A stretch of 64,000 nucleotides of DNA from Trichoplax adhaerens (lineage: Eukaryota > Animalia > Placozoa), in assembly GCF_000150275.1 (NCBI RefSeq), contig NW_002060970.1:84197-148196 (forward strand). Direction: 5' to 3'. The position numbers were made by a program, and so were the translations under genes. This document shows positions 12,811-26,000 of the stretch, in pieces (position 1 is the stretch's first letter; every line of letters starts with the position of its first letter). Below the pieces are notes generated by a model. The model was not told the origin of the DNA. It ran no database searches and was given only the letters and a program-made list of their open reading frames with translations.

Positions 12811-15800
12811 GTGCATCTGCTCTGAATGCTTACAGCAATTACTTCTTAAATGGCTAAAATACTTTTTCTTCTATCTATTTCTTTACGGTAATAATAGAAT
12901 AAATCTATAATAATACCTATTTTGATCTAGTCTAATTTATATCTCAAATTTTAGTGTGCTGGCACTTCATGGTGGTATAATATTACACATAAATAAATTT
13001 TACCATAACTGGGTAATTACTACTAATGAATACCACCTGATGTATTACTATCACATTAGCCCTATAACATGATAAGAATGCTCGGATTCAATATCTTTTA
13101 AAGCTACAGTTAACTAACAGGAAATTTATGAAGTTATAAGAAAATCTTTTAGCTGCCTTTTATAAATCCTTAACATAGTTCGTACAGATTGTGTACTATC
13201 GCTATGTAAGCAATTTACGGAAGTCCTGAGTAGTCACGATGAATAAAGAGTTCATTTAGATAAAATAGTACAATGGGAGTGTTAATCTATTGTCATTTCA
13301 ATCAAGTTGTTTATCATACTAGTTTATTATGTCAAATTCAAACAAACATGGAAGAAATCCACTTGAATATGTATCTGCCAGGACATAAATTGAAATGTAG
13401 TGATACTATAATAATATCGCATGTGTCTCGAGAAAAGTGAATAAAGCGATGTTATTGTTCTGAGGAGTTGATCTATATCTTACTGTAAAATAGAACCTTG
13501 AAATTTGATACGTGAGATATTCTTTATGATAGATAAGATCACTGTCAGTAACGACTATAATTTTTTGGACTGAATCAATTAACTTTTAACTTGATGAGGT
13601 AAACAATTAACGTCAATAACATTATATTGAGACGTAACTTGTTCGATTTAATCATTTCTCTAAAATACATTGAAATTAGAATAAAATTTTAACCAGATAT
13701 TTTTAGCAACAATCAAGTATCATCTTACGTAACAATAACACGATCATAAAAGTCAATAAAGCTCAGCGTGATTTGAATAATCAGATACACCTGCTTGTCG
13801 CATATGCACCTGCTTGTCATCAACTTGATATTATAGTCAATTGAATAGAATTTCATTCATGGCTATGACGTTAATAAATCATATCATTAGCAACTAGATT
13901 CTTGTTCAGTAACAACTATTCATTCGGATATGGATGGAGATATACTAAAACCTCAGTTAAAATACAACGTCTCCTGTATAAACATGAGCTACATAGAATC
14001 GCCAACATAGACATTGATTATGTTAGAATAATTGATTTCATACCTTCACTTATATGGGTAAAGATAGTCTATCAATGCATACATAATATTTTTTAATGAG
14101 TCATTTAATAATCTAATCATTTACAGCAACGAGTCTAGAAATTCTACAATACTTTAGAAACTTTGATAATAATTGAGGAAGAAATTACTTTAGGGTTTAT
14201 CGATACCAATACGCTGAAAATGTGCGTATAATCGTTAACATAGAAGCTCAATCGATTGGTTTACCGTGAGAAAAATATTCAGTAGCTACGGAAAGAAATA
14301 CTAGCAAATTTAATAGAGCTGATTTAAGACGATTACGCCGGAGGGATCAGTAAAAAGAACTTTACGTACAGTTTGGTGAGTTATTGAATATTTGATAGCT
14401 AAAAATCTGAAAAGTAGCGTACTTATTTTCGTTTTCAGTTGATTTTTCATTTTCATCTTGAATACATAACAACAAAACAATACAAAATAGTAACATTAGG
14501 TAAAATAGATTTTATCAATTATAATCATAGAATATCACAATTGACTATTTTGACGAAGAATATTCAAAGACACATACGTTACTCTACCATATCTCCATCG
14601 CCAAATTATTTTGTCCGTATAGCTTTCTATTTCGATTACTTTATAACATGTTCCATACTTAAAATGATATAGTAAAATGATATAGAAATCGTGAATGATT
14701 TATTAGTTACAATCCTTCGTCACCCTTTAAAATAAGAAAGAAAAAACTTAACTTATTACCCTAAATATCGGCCGTTTACTGGGTATTGGTATTCAAATAT
14801 TTAATGAGCCATAAGGATCATAGATCGATAAGATATCGTTTAACTTGCATAGGTAATAAAGGTTGACACAGGTTGTTATATAGCAGTAATCATAAATAAA
14901 AGTAGTTTAAAATATCATCGAGTTATCGCTGATTCTACTATAGTTAATATAATTTCATGACAAAAACATACTATAGCACATTAGTTGGGATTACTGTTGC
15001 ATTAAGTAAGCTCCATTGTGAGTAAAATGTAAGGGATAGAGATAAATCCTCGTTCTCATTTTTAAAAAATTTTTGGCATAATGAATTTACGTATATTCCT
15101 TAATCGAATATGATTTATTTTCCTTAAACTGCCAAGAAAGCTATTCGTTATAATGCTACTTTTACTTATTCTTCCTCGTTGCCAAATTTGATAATTTAAA
15201 TTTGTGAAGGAAACCCAGAAATTAACTATTCTATCTAGATATCGTCGCTAACAAAGTTACAGCTACTAAAATAGAGCGTATATATATACAAATTGTTACT
15301 TGAAGTAAAAACGTTGTTAGTGATTAATTCTTTAGCATAAAGAGCTATAAATATAATGAGTCTAAAAATATCAACTAATTCAGGCAACGCCCAATGTTTT
15401 AGTTACTTTAGAATTGAATTGAAATAAATAAGTGTTGCTCGATTACTGTGAAATTTTATTTAATGCCTTTCATATCAATACTATACAGAAAATTAAACCG
15501 CTAGTTGAAACACTAAAATTAATTGTAATATTACTATTTCTATTAAATTCTTATTCTCGCAAATTAAATACTACATCGTCATTATCAGATTCATAACGGA
15601 TTTCTACATTTAAGGCATAATGATTATCTACGATAATAACCCAGGATGATCTAAAACACTCTTATCACAATATGTTTATTCCGATTAATATAGTTAAATA
15701 AATACTGTAAAAAATGTTGCAAATCATTTAAAATAGAAATTTGATCGCATTGTTTTTCAAAACTTAAAATAATATGAAGTCTTAGATTTACTCTTAATAT

Positions 15801-17064
15801 ATCAAATAGGGTAGGTTCATCGTAAAGTAAACTAGACATCCCCCAAATATCAAAAAACCGTTATTGGTATCTTTATTGACATTAGGTCTATTTATTAAAC
15901 GTAAGAATTATAAATTGCAGATATTAACCAACAAATTTTAGCAGCTTAAGGTTTAAATAATTTAAATATCCGTATAGGCGGTATTGACACAATCTATTCC
16001 ATTGATTCCTGAGCCAAGCCTGAAATAAAAATGGAAACTATTACGACTTTAAAAATTATGATATCATACAACTGCAGCATAAACAATATGGATTATAATA
16101 ACTGTTCGTAAAGTAAACTAAGAATATCTAGAATATTTAGCATAAGTATATAGATTTCAAATGATGACTAAGCTAGTGCAGCTTGACTTTAAGTATGATT
16201 TATCAATCCAAGCATATATTGTTCACCAAAGCCTTTCGAATTTGGTTAATTTAACAATGTCAACTTTCAAAGTACTAGTATTTAGTGAACTTAGGTTGTA
16301 GATAAAGTCTATTTCTATATACAACCGGCATTATTAACGACTAAATATGACTGCTAACAATGATATCATCTGCTCAATATTATGTCAGTGACATAGGGTT
16401 GACATCATTTTTATTAGAAATTTAGTTTTGATACATTGCTACTAATATAGTTATCATATAGATATTTTGTTTAGGGTCAATCTACTACACTTTTTGATCT
16501 GACATTATAGAAAATTTGAGGATAAACTCAATTATAATTTAAAATATAGCTTAATTATAGACTTCCTACATCGAATTTTCCTTTGAAATTAGATGTAATT
16601 GTAGACCGCTATAGTCTATGTAGCGGATATAAGGGGTGATTGAAATCTAGATATATTTTTGGTCAACATTTATATTTGGCAATCAGGTATCTTATTGTCA
16701 AAGGTACAAATTTCACTGAGACTTTCATATTTATTATAATAACTAGATGTGATTGCAATAAATATGATTCATATAAAATTCTGAAGCTAGGTGACGAGCT
16801 TATAGCCTTATACTTTTTCAAGTACATTTCATAAAATTTGATAGTAAGTGTATAGGGTAAGGCCAAAAGTATAGTTTGATACATTAAATCCCTTTATCCT
16901 GATAGTCTTCCGCTTTGGCGACAAAAAAAAATTCTTATTCTGAAATAATGCAGGGCAACATACGCGTAATAACAACTTTATATAGTATTAAATTTTTGTC
17001 ACTAGCTTTACAAATATCCTAAATTTGTCATGTTAACCTATCCTTCATTTTTTGCTTAGGAAGC

Positions 17065-20000
17065 ATGCAGATTCACTTGAAATACTTTCTTCCGTTTGTA
17101 ATTTGGATTTTTGGAATACAGGTGATTTAATCAATTAGCTAGATATCATTTTACTAATAATCTATAATTGCTTTCAAGGGATATTTTGATAGATATTCAG
17201 ATGGAATCGTATTCAACAATATAAACTAGGTTTAAGGGATTTCTGAATCCTCGTAGTATATGATACTATTCTGACTATTCTTATTTAATTTCTTACAGAA
17301 GCACATTCAGCCAACTTCAGGTAAAGTAAATTTTTAAACCGGTGTATGCTTTTTTTAACTTTATCGCTAGATGAATTACTATTAAAATGAAATAATTTAG
17401 TTCAGCAATCTCTTCTACCCTAATTAAGGAATGAGCTGCAAGATACGTCATAAAAATATTTAGTCGATTATTTACGTAAGCATACAGTGAAACTTGCAAA
17501 CTAGTCATTTCAACAATAAAATAATTTTTGAATATAACTATAGTGGACTATGATCTAGCCTTATTTTAGAATTATGAGTTCAACTCAATAGACAATCTAA
17601 ACAAGAAAAAGTCATTTTTTGAAATTAAAAAATTATAAAACGACTTACGAAGACAATATTTTCAATTTCAATTTAAAAACTTACTACATTATCAAGTACA
17701 AAACATTTTTGCTTTTGTCTCCCTTTTGTAAAGATATAAATAATGGTGAGTGGAGATTTTGTTATCTTCCATAAATATTTGCGATCGTTTTATCGCAAAC
17801 AGCTTTATATATTAACTATATTAAAAACTTAATGGATAATCTCCTTTGAGAGGTTCCTTTTTTCAAACAGATTTCTTTCCCATTTATTATTTTATTAGTT
17901 TAAAAATCTTCGACAACAATTTAAGTCGTAGAGATCTTATCATAAATTTTCTCATTTAGGATAACACACAATAAGACGATAATATCTATATTTTATTGAA
18001 AAAAGTTTTATAAAACTTCCAATAATGATTAGATTCATCCTTAATATTAAATTATACTATTATTTAAAGCAGTAAACCTAGCTAATGAATGGTACCTCGA
18101 TTAAAATGAAACTTCTGTCACATTGCAAGGTTCTAATTATTTTAAGTTTAGTTCTTTTTATTTTATTAAAGCTAAGCTTACTAAAATAAAAATTATATAT
18201 GTGATATAAGAAATTTTAGCAAAATTCACTGAAGCCAGATTTATTTGATTAAAACATTAATTGACATCTCATTTACATACAATAATTGTAAATGATTAAT
18301 AATATACTATAGTGACGATAATTTTTCAATGGTTTTATTATTAATGTTTTGTTGTCATTAAATATTATAATACGCTTAGCGTATCTTCTTCACTAGCATG
18401 TAGCATTTGCGACAAACGTCAATTTTTCTAACATCGTGCATTCGCGAATACTACATGAATCTAATTTAAAAATAATTTCCAAATTTCCTGCAACTTAATT
18501 TCTTGTTCAATAGTAATGTTGTCATGTTTTTCTATTGATTTACGTCAAATTGTGATCATGACTCAAAATTATGGCAAACATGTTTTACTAATTCAGAGTT
18601 TAGAGCTCTTGAAGAATTTATAATAACAGATTTTCTTACTAATTCTCTAATGATCGAGATACTATTTAAAATAGTACAAACAGCTCTAACAGACAAGGAA
18701 AACTTCTTGCAACGGTTGACTTTAGAAAAAGACAGAGAACAATAACAACAGGAAAGCATAGCTACAAAAATACATTACTTAATTTATTAACAAAATAAAA
18801 ATTGTGAACAAAATCTTTTAATACTGAAAGAACTTAGTATGAGAACTAGGCTTAAATCAATATACTTGAATCATCACTAGCATTCCTCATCTGTCTTAAT
18901 TATTGCGAATAGCCTAAATTTGATATCATTTTTAATTTATATTCAGTCTATTTCTATATAAAATGATAACAACCATATCTTATTTACGACTTCAATACAG
19001 TCAATAACACCTTTTCGAGATTCATAGTTGCAAATAATGATTCCAAATTTTTTAGCTAGCTTTCACTTTATTATAGTTTGATAATATTTAAGTAGTTGAC
19101 TACAATTTACGAAATCTAAAGATTACTAATTAAACTTACAAAGCTTGTGTTCCAACGTACACTAATATAACGAAAACGGTTAATATCATTTCCTTAATAG
19201 CCCATAGTTATTTCTTGATAAACAGTATACTCATGTACTGTAGTTCTCTACTAAATATTTTAGAAATACTTAGACAACATAGGCGGCTTATAGTATAGAT
19301 ATTAGACTGGATCATCATTTTCTTTAATTCGTTGAATAATCGTATTTGGAATTAATAGAATAAATAAGCAGATACGATAAACCTTATTAGCCTACTTTTA
19401 AGACTACGATCATTTTGATATAACAATAGATGACCTTTTACTAGCTTTACTTTTCATTGTAAAATCTCTATCGGCCAAATCATCTCCAGACATCTTCCAC
19501 AGTGCAATTAACTTCGCGAGATTTATTGTTCCAATTAGAACAAAATCAGATCCTTAGATTTAGCCAGGATCAAAGAAAACTGGATCACTTTATAGTCCAG
19601 TTTCCATCTTCATTTTGTGCTGTTAGCTGGCTCTTATATTAACTAAAGTACTAGAGCTAATAAAATTAAAGGTCTCAATTTGAATGTATCTTTGACTTCA
19701 TATATTACATTTAAGCAAACTAAATTCGATGGATTGTATAATTATTAATTCGGTTATAAAAATATTAGTACAGTTTATCATGGCTGATTACTTGTTTTGC
19801 TGCATATTTATTAAATCTGACACGGTAAGGGTTACAATAAGGGTTAAATTATTATAAATCTTTAAGATAATAAGCGAAAATTACAAAGGTCTTGCATATA
19901 ATCTTGAGAAGATTTCATCGTCAAATAAGCTAATTTGAATTTAATGCAGGATCTGAGCCTTGTCCAGATGGTTGGCACTTTTATGGTCAAGACAATATCT

Positions 20001-23000
20001 GCTTACATTTAGTTGACAAGGCCGCTAAATTTGACGTAGCCAGGTCAATCTGCCAGGACGATTTTAAAGCTTGGCTTCTGTATATTAATGGTGCTGACAA
20101 GGAAAACTTTATAAATACTAAGATTATCAGTGATAAGTATAAATTTTATTGGCTTGGATTGAAAGACGTTATTGGTGATGATAAGCCAGAGTCTCATAGA
20201 TGGCTAGCTCAGAATAAAACCTTGACGGAAAACAGTTATACGAATTGGGCTAATGATAAACAGCCCAATATCCGTTCACATGAATGCGCCATCATCTGTT
20301 TCCAGCAAAAGCCTAAATGGTTGGAAGAAAAATGTTACTTAAATAATAAATATATCTGTGAAAAAGGTATAGTTGTATTGTTAATTGATCTTCATTTTTA
20401 AAACCAAACAATAAGCATATAATGCCTTTCTAAATCGGTTTAATATATTGATCGACAAGTTTTTGCCATATTATACCTGAATTTAGTCATTTAGTGATCA
20501 CTTCTCCATTACAGTTATTAAGTATGCTTTGAATAAGTGTTTTCTTTAGGCTTATTCTTTGCCATACATTAGGAAAATTTTACTTAAAGATTCACTATTC
20601 TATTTAATTTTAATGCAGCTGCCGATAGTAAGAAATTTATTAAATCTAGTAAAATCTCTTAATATTCTTTATTCTTATAAAAAATACTAACTAAAAATTG
20701 AGCAATGTTTCTCTTTACTTAGCTGCAAACCCTTCAGCAACGTCATCCGTAACAAAAACTTCCTTCGGTAAGTTTGTTGAAGAAATTTTTTGTAGCTTGA
20801 AATTTGTCGTAGTTGATTTCTATTAAAAATTTACTAAATATTACGGGAGCGAATAAATTACGGTATTTCATTTAGTAATTGTATCATTCTCAGAACGACA
20901 AAATTATAAGAATGTTAAAGATTTAATTCATTTACATGTAAATGCTAATTTAATGAGTATTAAATTAGCTCGTATAATGATCGAAATTATTTTTATCATT
21001 TGGCTCTGAGTTTATGCCATTCTTGACAGTGATATTAGGTATGCATCGCAGATTCTACTAAATCAACTAAATTAAGCTGGGCTAATTTTATCACAGCTAT
21101 CATAATACAAACATAAGAACAACTATAGCTATTTCTAATTTTTTAACGTTATAAAGCGTCCTTACGGCTATCTTACAAATAAATGTAGCCGCAGAGTGGA
21201 TCATTTCTGCCAAAATTTCAAAAAGCTCATAAAAAGTAGCTGACAACCCTAGTATCATATGTTGCAAGGAAAATGTTTGTCTATGAAATACCTAAGCTAA
21301 CGTTACTTGTTTCTTTTGCTGTTTCAAAAAGTATGATATTTACTACAACTATTTCTCACCAGTTGATTCTGAAATCACGCCATCACCAACAACAATATTA
21401 GGTATAATTTCTAGCCACACATGATTATTCCTAAATTAGAATAAGAATACACTCGCAACTATGAAATGAAAACTTAAAAAGGATAGATAGTCCAGATACA
21501 ATAACGTCTAAAAATAAATATGCTGCTAATCTTCATAATTTATGAACGCTATTTTGTATCAATCCAAAGATTTCTAGCAGTTTAAACAACAAAAGCAGTC
21601 AATGCGACTATTGCACTAAAATAGATTAAATTGTAGTAATAAGTCACTAATGATGGTTGACAACGCTAATATTGAGTATTAAATATAGCAGCAACCGCTG
21701 TCAGCTACGAATGTTTAGCTGATGATCAGAATAATGATACCTGCTGCAGTGTAAATTATAGTGACTAATAATAGTCAGAAATCCATACAAGCATCTATAT
21801 GCCTATTTACGATTTCTGCGAAATATTTACGAGCAACACTACCTGATTTGCAACAAGGTTTCAGACTGCATTTTCTAGCCTATACTACTGTAATTTATGA
21901 ATAGCAATTAGTTGGTATTTCTAAGTAGATTTAAATATGATTAAACACAGCGACACCTCCAAATTTTCTGGAAAATCGCAATCTAATTTATTGTCGCCGC
22001 TTTTATAGGCTTCGGTATCTAAAACCGATTTAACTGCACGAATCACATTTTCTATTTGAAATTAGCCAAATTAATACTCTAAAGAACCTCTATCTTACTA
22101 AGATATTTCATCTAAACTTAAAAATCGTGCTTTCAACCTTAACATCCTTTGAAGCAATATACATAATTTAGTTAAACTAGTAGGTAGTTACTATTTTATT
22201 CTATCTAATCCTAAATTAAGAATTGCTAACACATCAACTGTTAACCACTAAAATTAAAATTAAAAAGAACATAAACATTACCGAAACATACGTACATCAT
22301 TTTGAACGTAATATTGAAATAATATACTTTTCACTAAGATAGCTTCTTACCAGTTGTATAGAAGGATACGATAGTATAAATCATGCTTAAATAATTAAAC
22401 TTATACTTAATAATATAAAGTAGCGTTCAAAGCTGCAAAATAATGATTTAAGACTTATGGCAATAGTCAGTATCAGATAAACATTTCGGTACGTAATAAA
22501 ATAGCAGCAAGTGATCTTTTATTGTACAACGAGAAATAGAAAATTTGTACTTTAGTGCTACAAATCGAAATCTGTAACAAGAACAAGTTAAACCGTTATA
22601 GAAATTACACACTACAATTCTTCGAGTCTGCAGTCAGGTTTATCCTCCTTGACATCTACCTACAGTACGACTCTGTATACTGACCATCCCCTATCGTCAG
22701 GATTAACAGTTACCCAGCACTAGTCTCTATCATAACTGAACTCAAACTTTACTGAAAAGTTAGCCAATTTATAGTCAATTTGCCTAAACATTAATTATCA
22801 GTTTATGCATAATTTTATAAAACTATCCAGTTATCTATTAAAACAGGTATAACGTCATATATAAATTCATGCTAGCACATTTCTAGGTAAATTAGCTTAT
22901 TGGAATCTATGTTGCGACAACTACGCAACAGCTACTCCGCAATAATCAGTCTACTTATAATATTTTTGTAGCTTACATAGCTACAACTTCATAATGTATT

Positions 23001-26000
23001 GATACATTTTCTTACCAGCAGGTTACCAGACAACACCACTTCCAACAGTAATATCAGATATAGCTCGTAAACTCTGACGATTACTTGTATTTAGTAATAA
23101 ATTTTCATCTGCATAATAGTAAAGGCTATCCTAAAACCAAATTACAACTATTCCGATATATATACTTGAAATAAAAAGCTTGTAAATCAGTAACATATAA
23201 TGTTTTTGTAGCTATTTACATTTCAGTCAGATTTGTATAACATTTTGATAATATTTTCCTCCTGCAAGTAGGTTACCTAAGTACACCACTTCCAACAATA
23301 ATATCAGGTATAGCTTATAAATTTTGATGATTATTTGTGCTAAGTAATAAATCCCATCTGCATAAAGCCAAAGTGTAACCTAATGAAAATTACAACCATT
23401 TTGATACTTGTATACAGGTACAAATTTGGATAGCAATTAATAAATTACAATAGATACTGCATGTAAAACCTTCTACTGCACTTCGTATTAAAGTATCGTG
23501 CAAAATAGATATGAGACTGTAATAGACTCTTTGCACCTACGTTACTTCAGCGTTTCATCATCAGCCACAGCCCACTAACATACTATAAAGTACTAGTGCC
23601 CCATGGTTGTCTACCAAAATGGTAAACAACCGGGTTAATTAATTACTATTGCCTAATTTATAATTTACGGAGCTACACTTCGTAACATGTGTATTATACA
23701 AAGTTTCTATCCAAACAGGAATACAGTACTGTAGAATGCTAACTTGCTTAAAAATCTATATCGTTTTACATTAATTCTTGAGTTTTATTTGTTCTTTAAT
23801 TTGACATTTAGCTATAACAAGTGGTTTATCTACGACATTAGTACAAAATGGTAAGTAGAAACTAAGGGTATCAAATAAGATTACAAATCCAGTTGGAGAA
23901 AATTAAACTTAAAGTCCTGATTAACGTAGGAAATATCATGTGTTCTTGTTATTATCTAATTTGTTCTTCTCTTTCAGATTTCTCTACTACCACAACCTTA
24001 TTAGGTTTGCTGATCTTAATTAGATCTTAGAGATGTAATTCGACATATTTAGATCCTTAATTAATTTTTTACTAAAGAAATTTCTTATACCAGTACTTGT
24101 AAGTTGAGATTAGACTGTTAGGAAATGATAAAGTAAGAGTTATCTCCTGAGTTACATTTTTGCAATTGATAATAACTGTTTAGATACAACAAGTATCTCC
24201 CTATCAACCGAACATGAAAATATTGACAGTACTTTTGGTACAGTAATAGTAATTTTCATTATTTCACTTATCTAGTAGAGTATGGTACAATTAAATTTGC
24301 TTTCATCATTTCACATACTTTTCTTTATCATTCTATTAGCAGAATTTTCATCTATAAAAACTGCAAGTTCGCAAAATACTATTATATTGCTGTCTGATAC
24401 CTATATTCATGCAACAAGAGCAAGTACAGCCAGATTTGGTAAATAAGTGTAATCTAAATTTAATATTGCAAGCTAATAAGCTTAAAAATAATAGCTGAAA
24501 ATGGTAAAATAAAAAGAAATCGGGTTATATTCAATAGGTCTCGAGTCGACAATTGGTTATTCTGAACCGATAATATCATCTACAACTTCTACTATTAGTG
24601 TAATATCTATGCCTTCACTTATCGACACTAACGAAATATCACCCTTTACAGTTGCCGATAGCGGGGGATTATCCTTGTCTACAGCTTTTGAAGATGCCAG
24701 AGTATCATCACCTACAACTATTGAAGAAAATAGATTATCTTTATCTACAGTTATTGAAAATAATCGATTATTGCCATCTACAGTAGCTGAAAATGATAGG
24801 TTATCATTAGATGCAGCCATAATAGGTAACAGATTGTCAGCATCTACATCAGTTATAAATGATAGATTATCGTCGAATACAGGCATGGAAGATGACAGAT
24901 TATCGTTATCTACAGAAGTTAAAAATAGCAGATTATCATCAGATACAGCCACTGAAGATGACAGGTTATTCTCATCTACAGTTGTTAAAAATGATAAATT
25001 ATCATCAAATATAACCACTGAAGATGACAGACTAACATCATCTACAGCTACGGAAGATGACAAATTATCATCATCTGCAGTCATCGAAAATACATCGCTA
25101 GCAGCATCCATAGCTATTAAAACTGATACTTTTAGTGCATGGTCAACCGATTTCAGCGTTTCAATATCAGGTATATATATATATTATTTTTTATTACCGA
25201 TGCCATTTATAAGATAGCAATCCTTTCATTAATGGAAATTTAAATGTTGATATTTATAGAATTTGTGCATGAAAGCTTTCTATCGACCTTTAACCGATTA
25301 TTTTCTTAGCATAGATATTTATTACTAACGAAATTAAACAGTTATCTTTCCAAATTAGAGAATTTCTTCAATATTGCGATCAAATCCATCATTAAATCTA
25401 AGGAATAACTTATTTCGTTTTCTGTAACTTTTTCTTTTAACAAGATACGCAAGATACTTACCAAGCTTACTCTACTAAAAGCGAATCGCTCATCACTGGA
25501 TATACTACAACCTCCGATGCAAACGAAACATCTTCTACCAATTTACGTAGTTCTGGTAATATGTTCATATTTGATTACGGAACAAAGACTTTTTCTTTAA
25601 GAACGGAACCGAATATCTATTTAACTAATGATGACAACATTGAATCAGTTTTTACGTTCTCTATTCCAGATTTTAACTGTTATCCACTGCCTACATGTTA
25701 TTCATCTAAATTCTCATCGCAATCTACCGTAAATAATAATCAACATATCATTACAAATATAGATAAACTAAGCAGTGTGTCCTTCAAATCTTTAACAGGT
25801 AAGTCGTAGAAATTCTAAAAGTAATGAACTAGTAGCACATTCAGAATAATGTCAATGCTAATATAAATTTACAATCCATAATTTGCTCATTCTATTCACT
25901 AAACCTACCAAATATTTGATAGCATCCTCAGCTACTGATGTACCTACGAATCAGACTTTCCTCCATCCTACACTTGCACATCAAGACACTACCCTTAATC

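Noticed and set aside
18590-18750. Protein-like open stretch (SEFRALEEFIITDF...) in the long intron of aGPCR B
   Set aside because: No compatible splice sites or recognisable domain, and it ends in a stop.
24557-25111. 184-aa minus-strand ORF with DDNLS repeats
   Set aside because: Antisense shadow of the repetitive stalk exon of aGPCR B. The plus strand has the splice sites and gene context.
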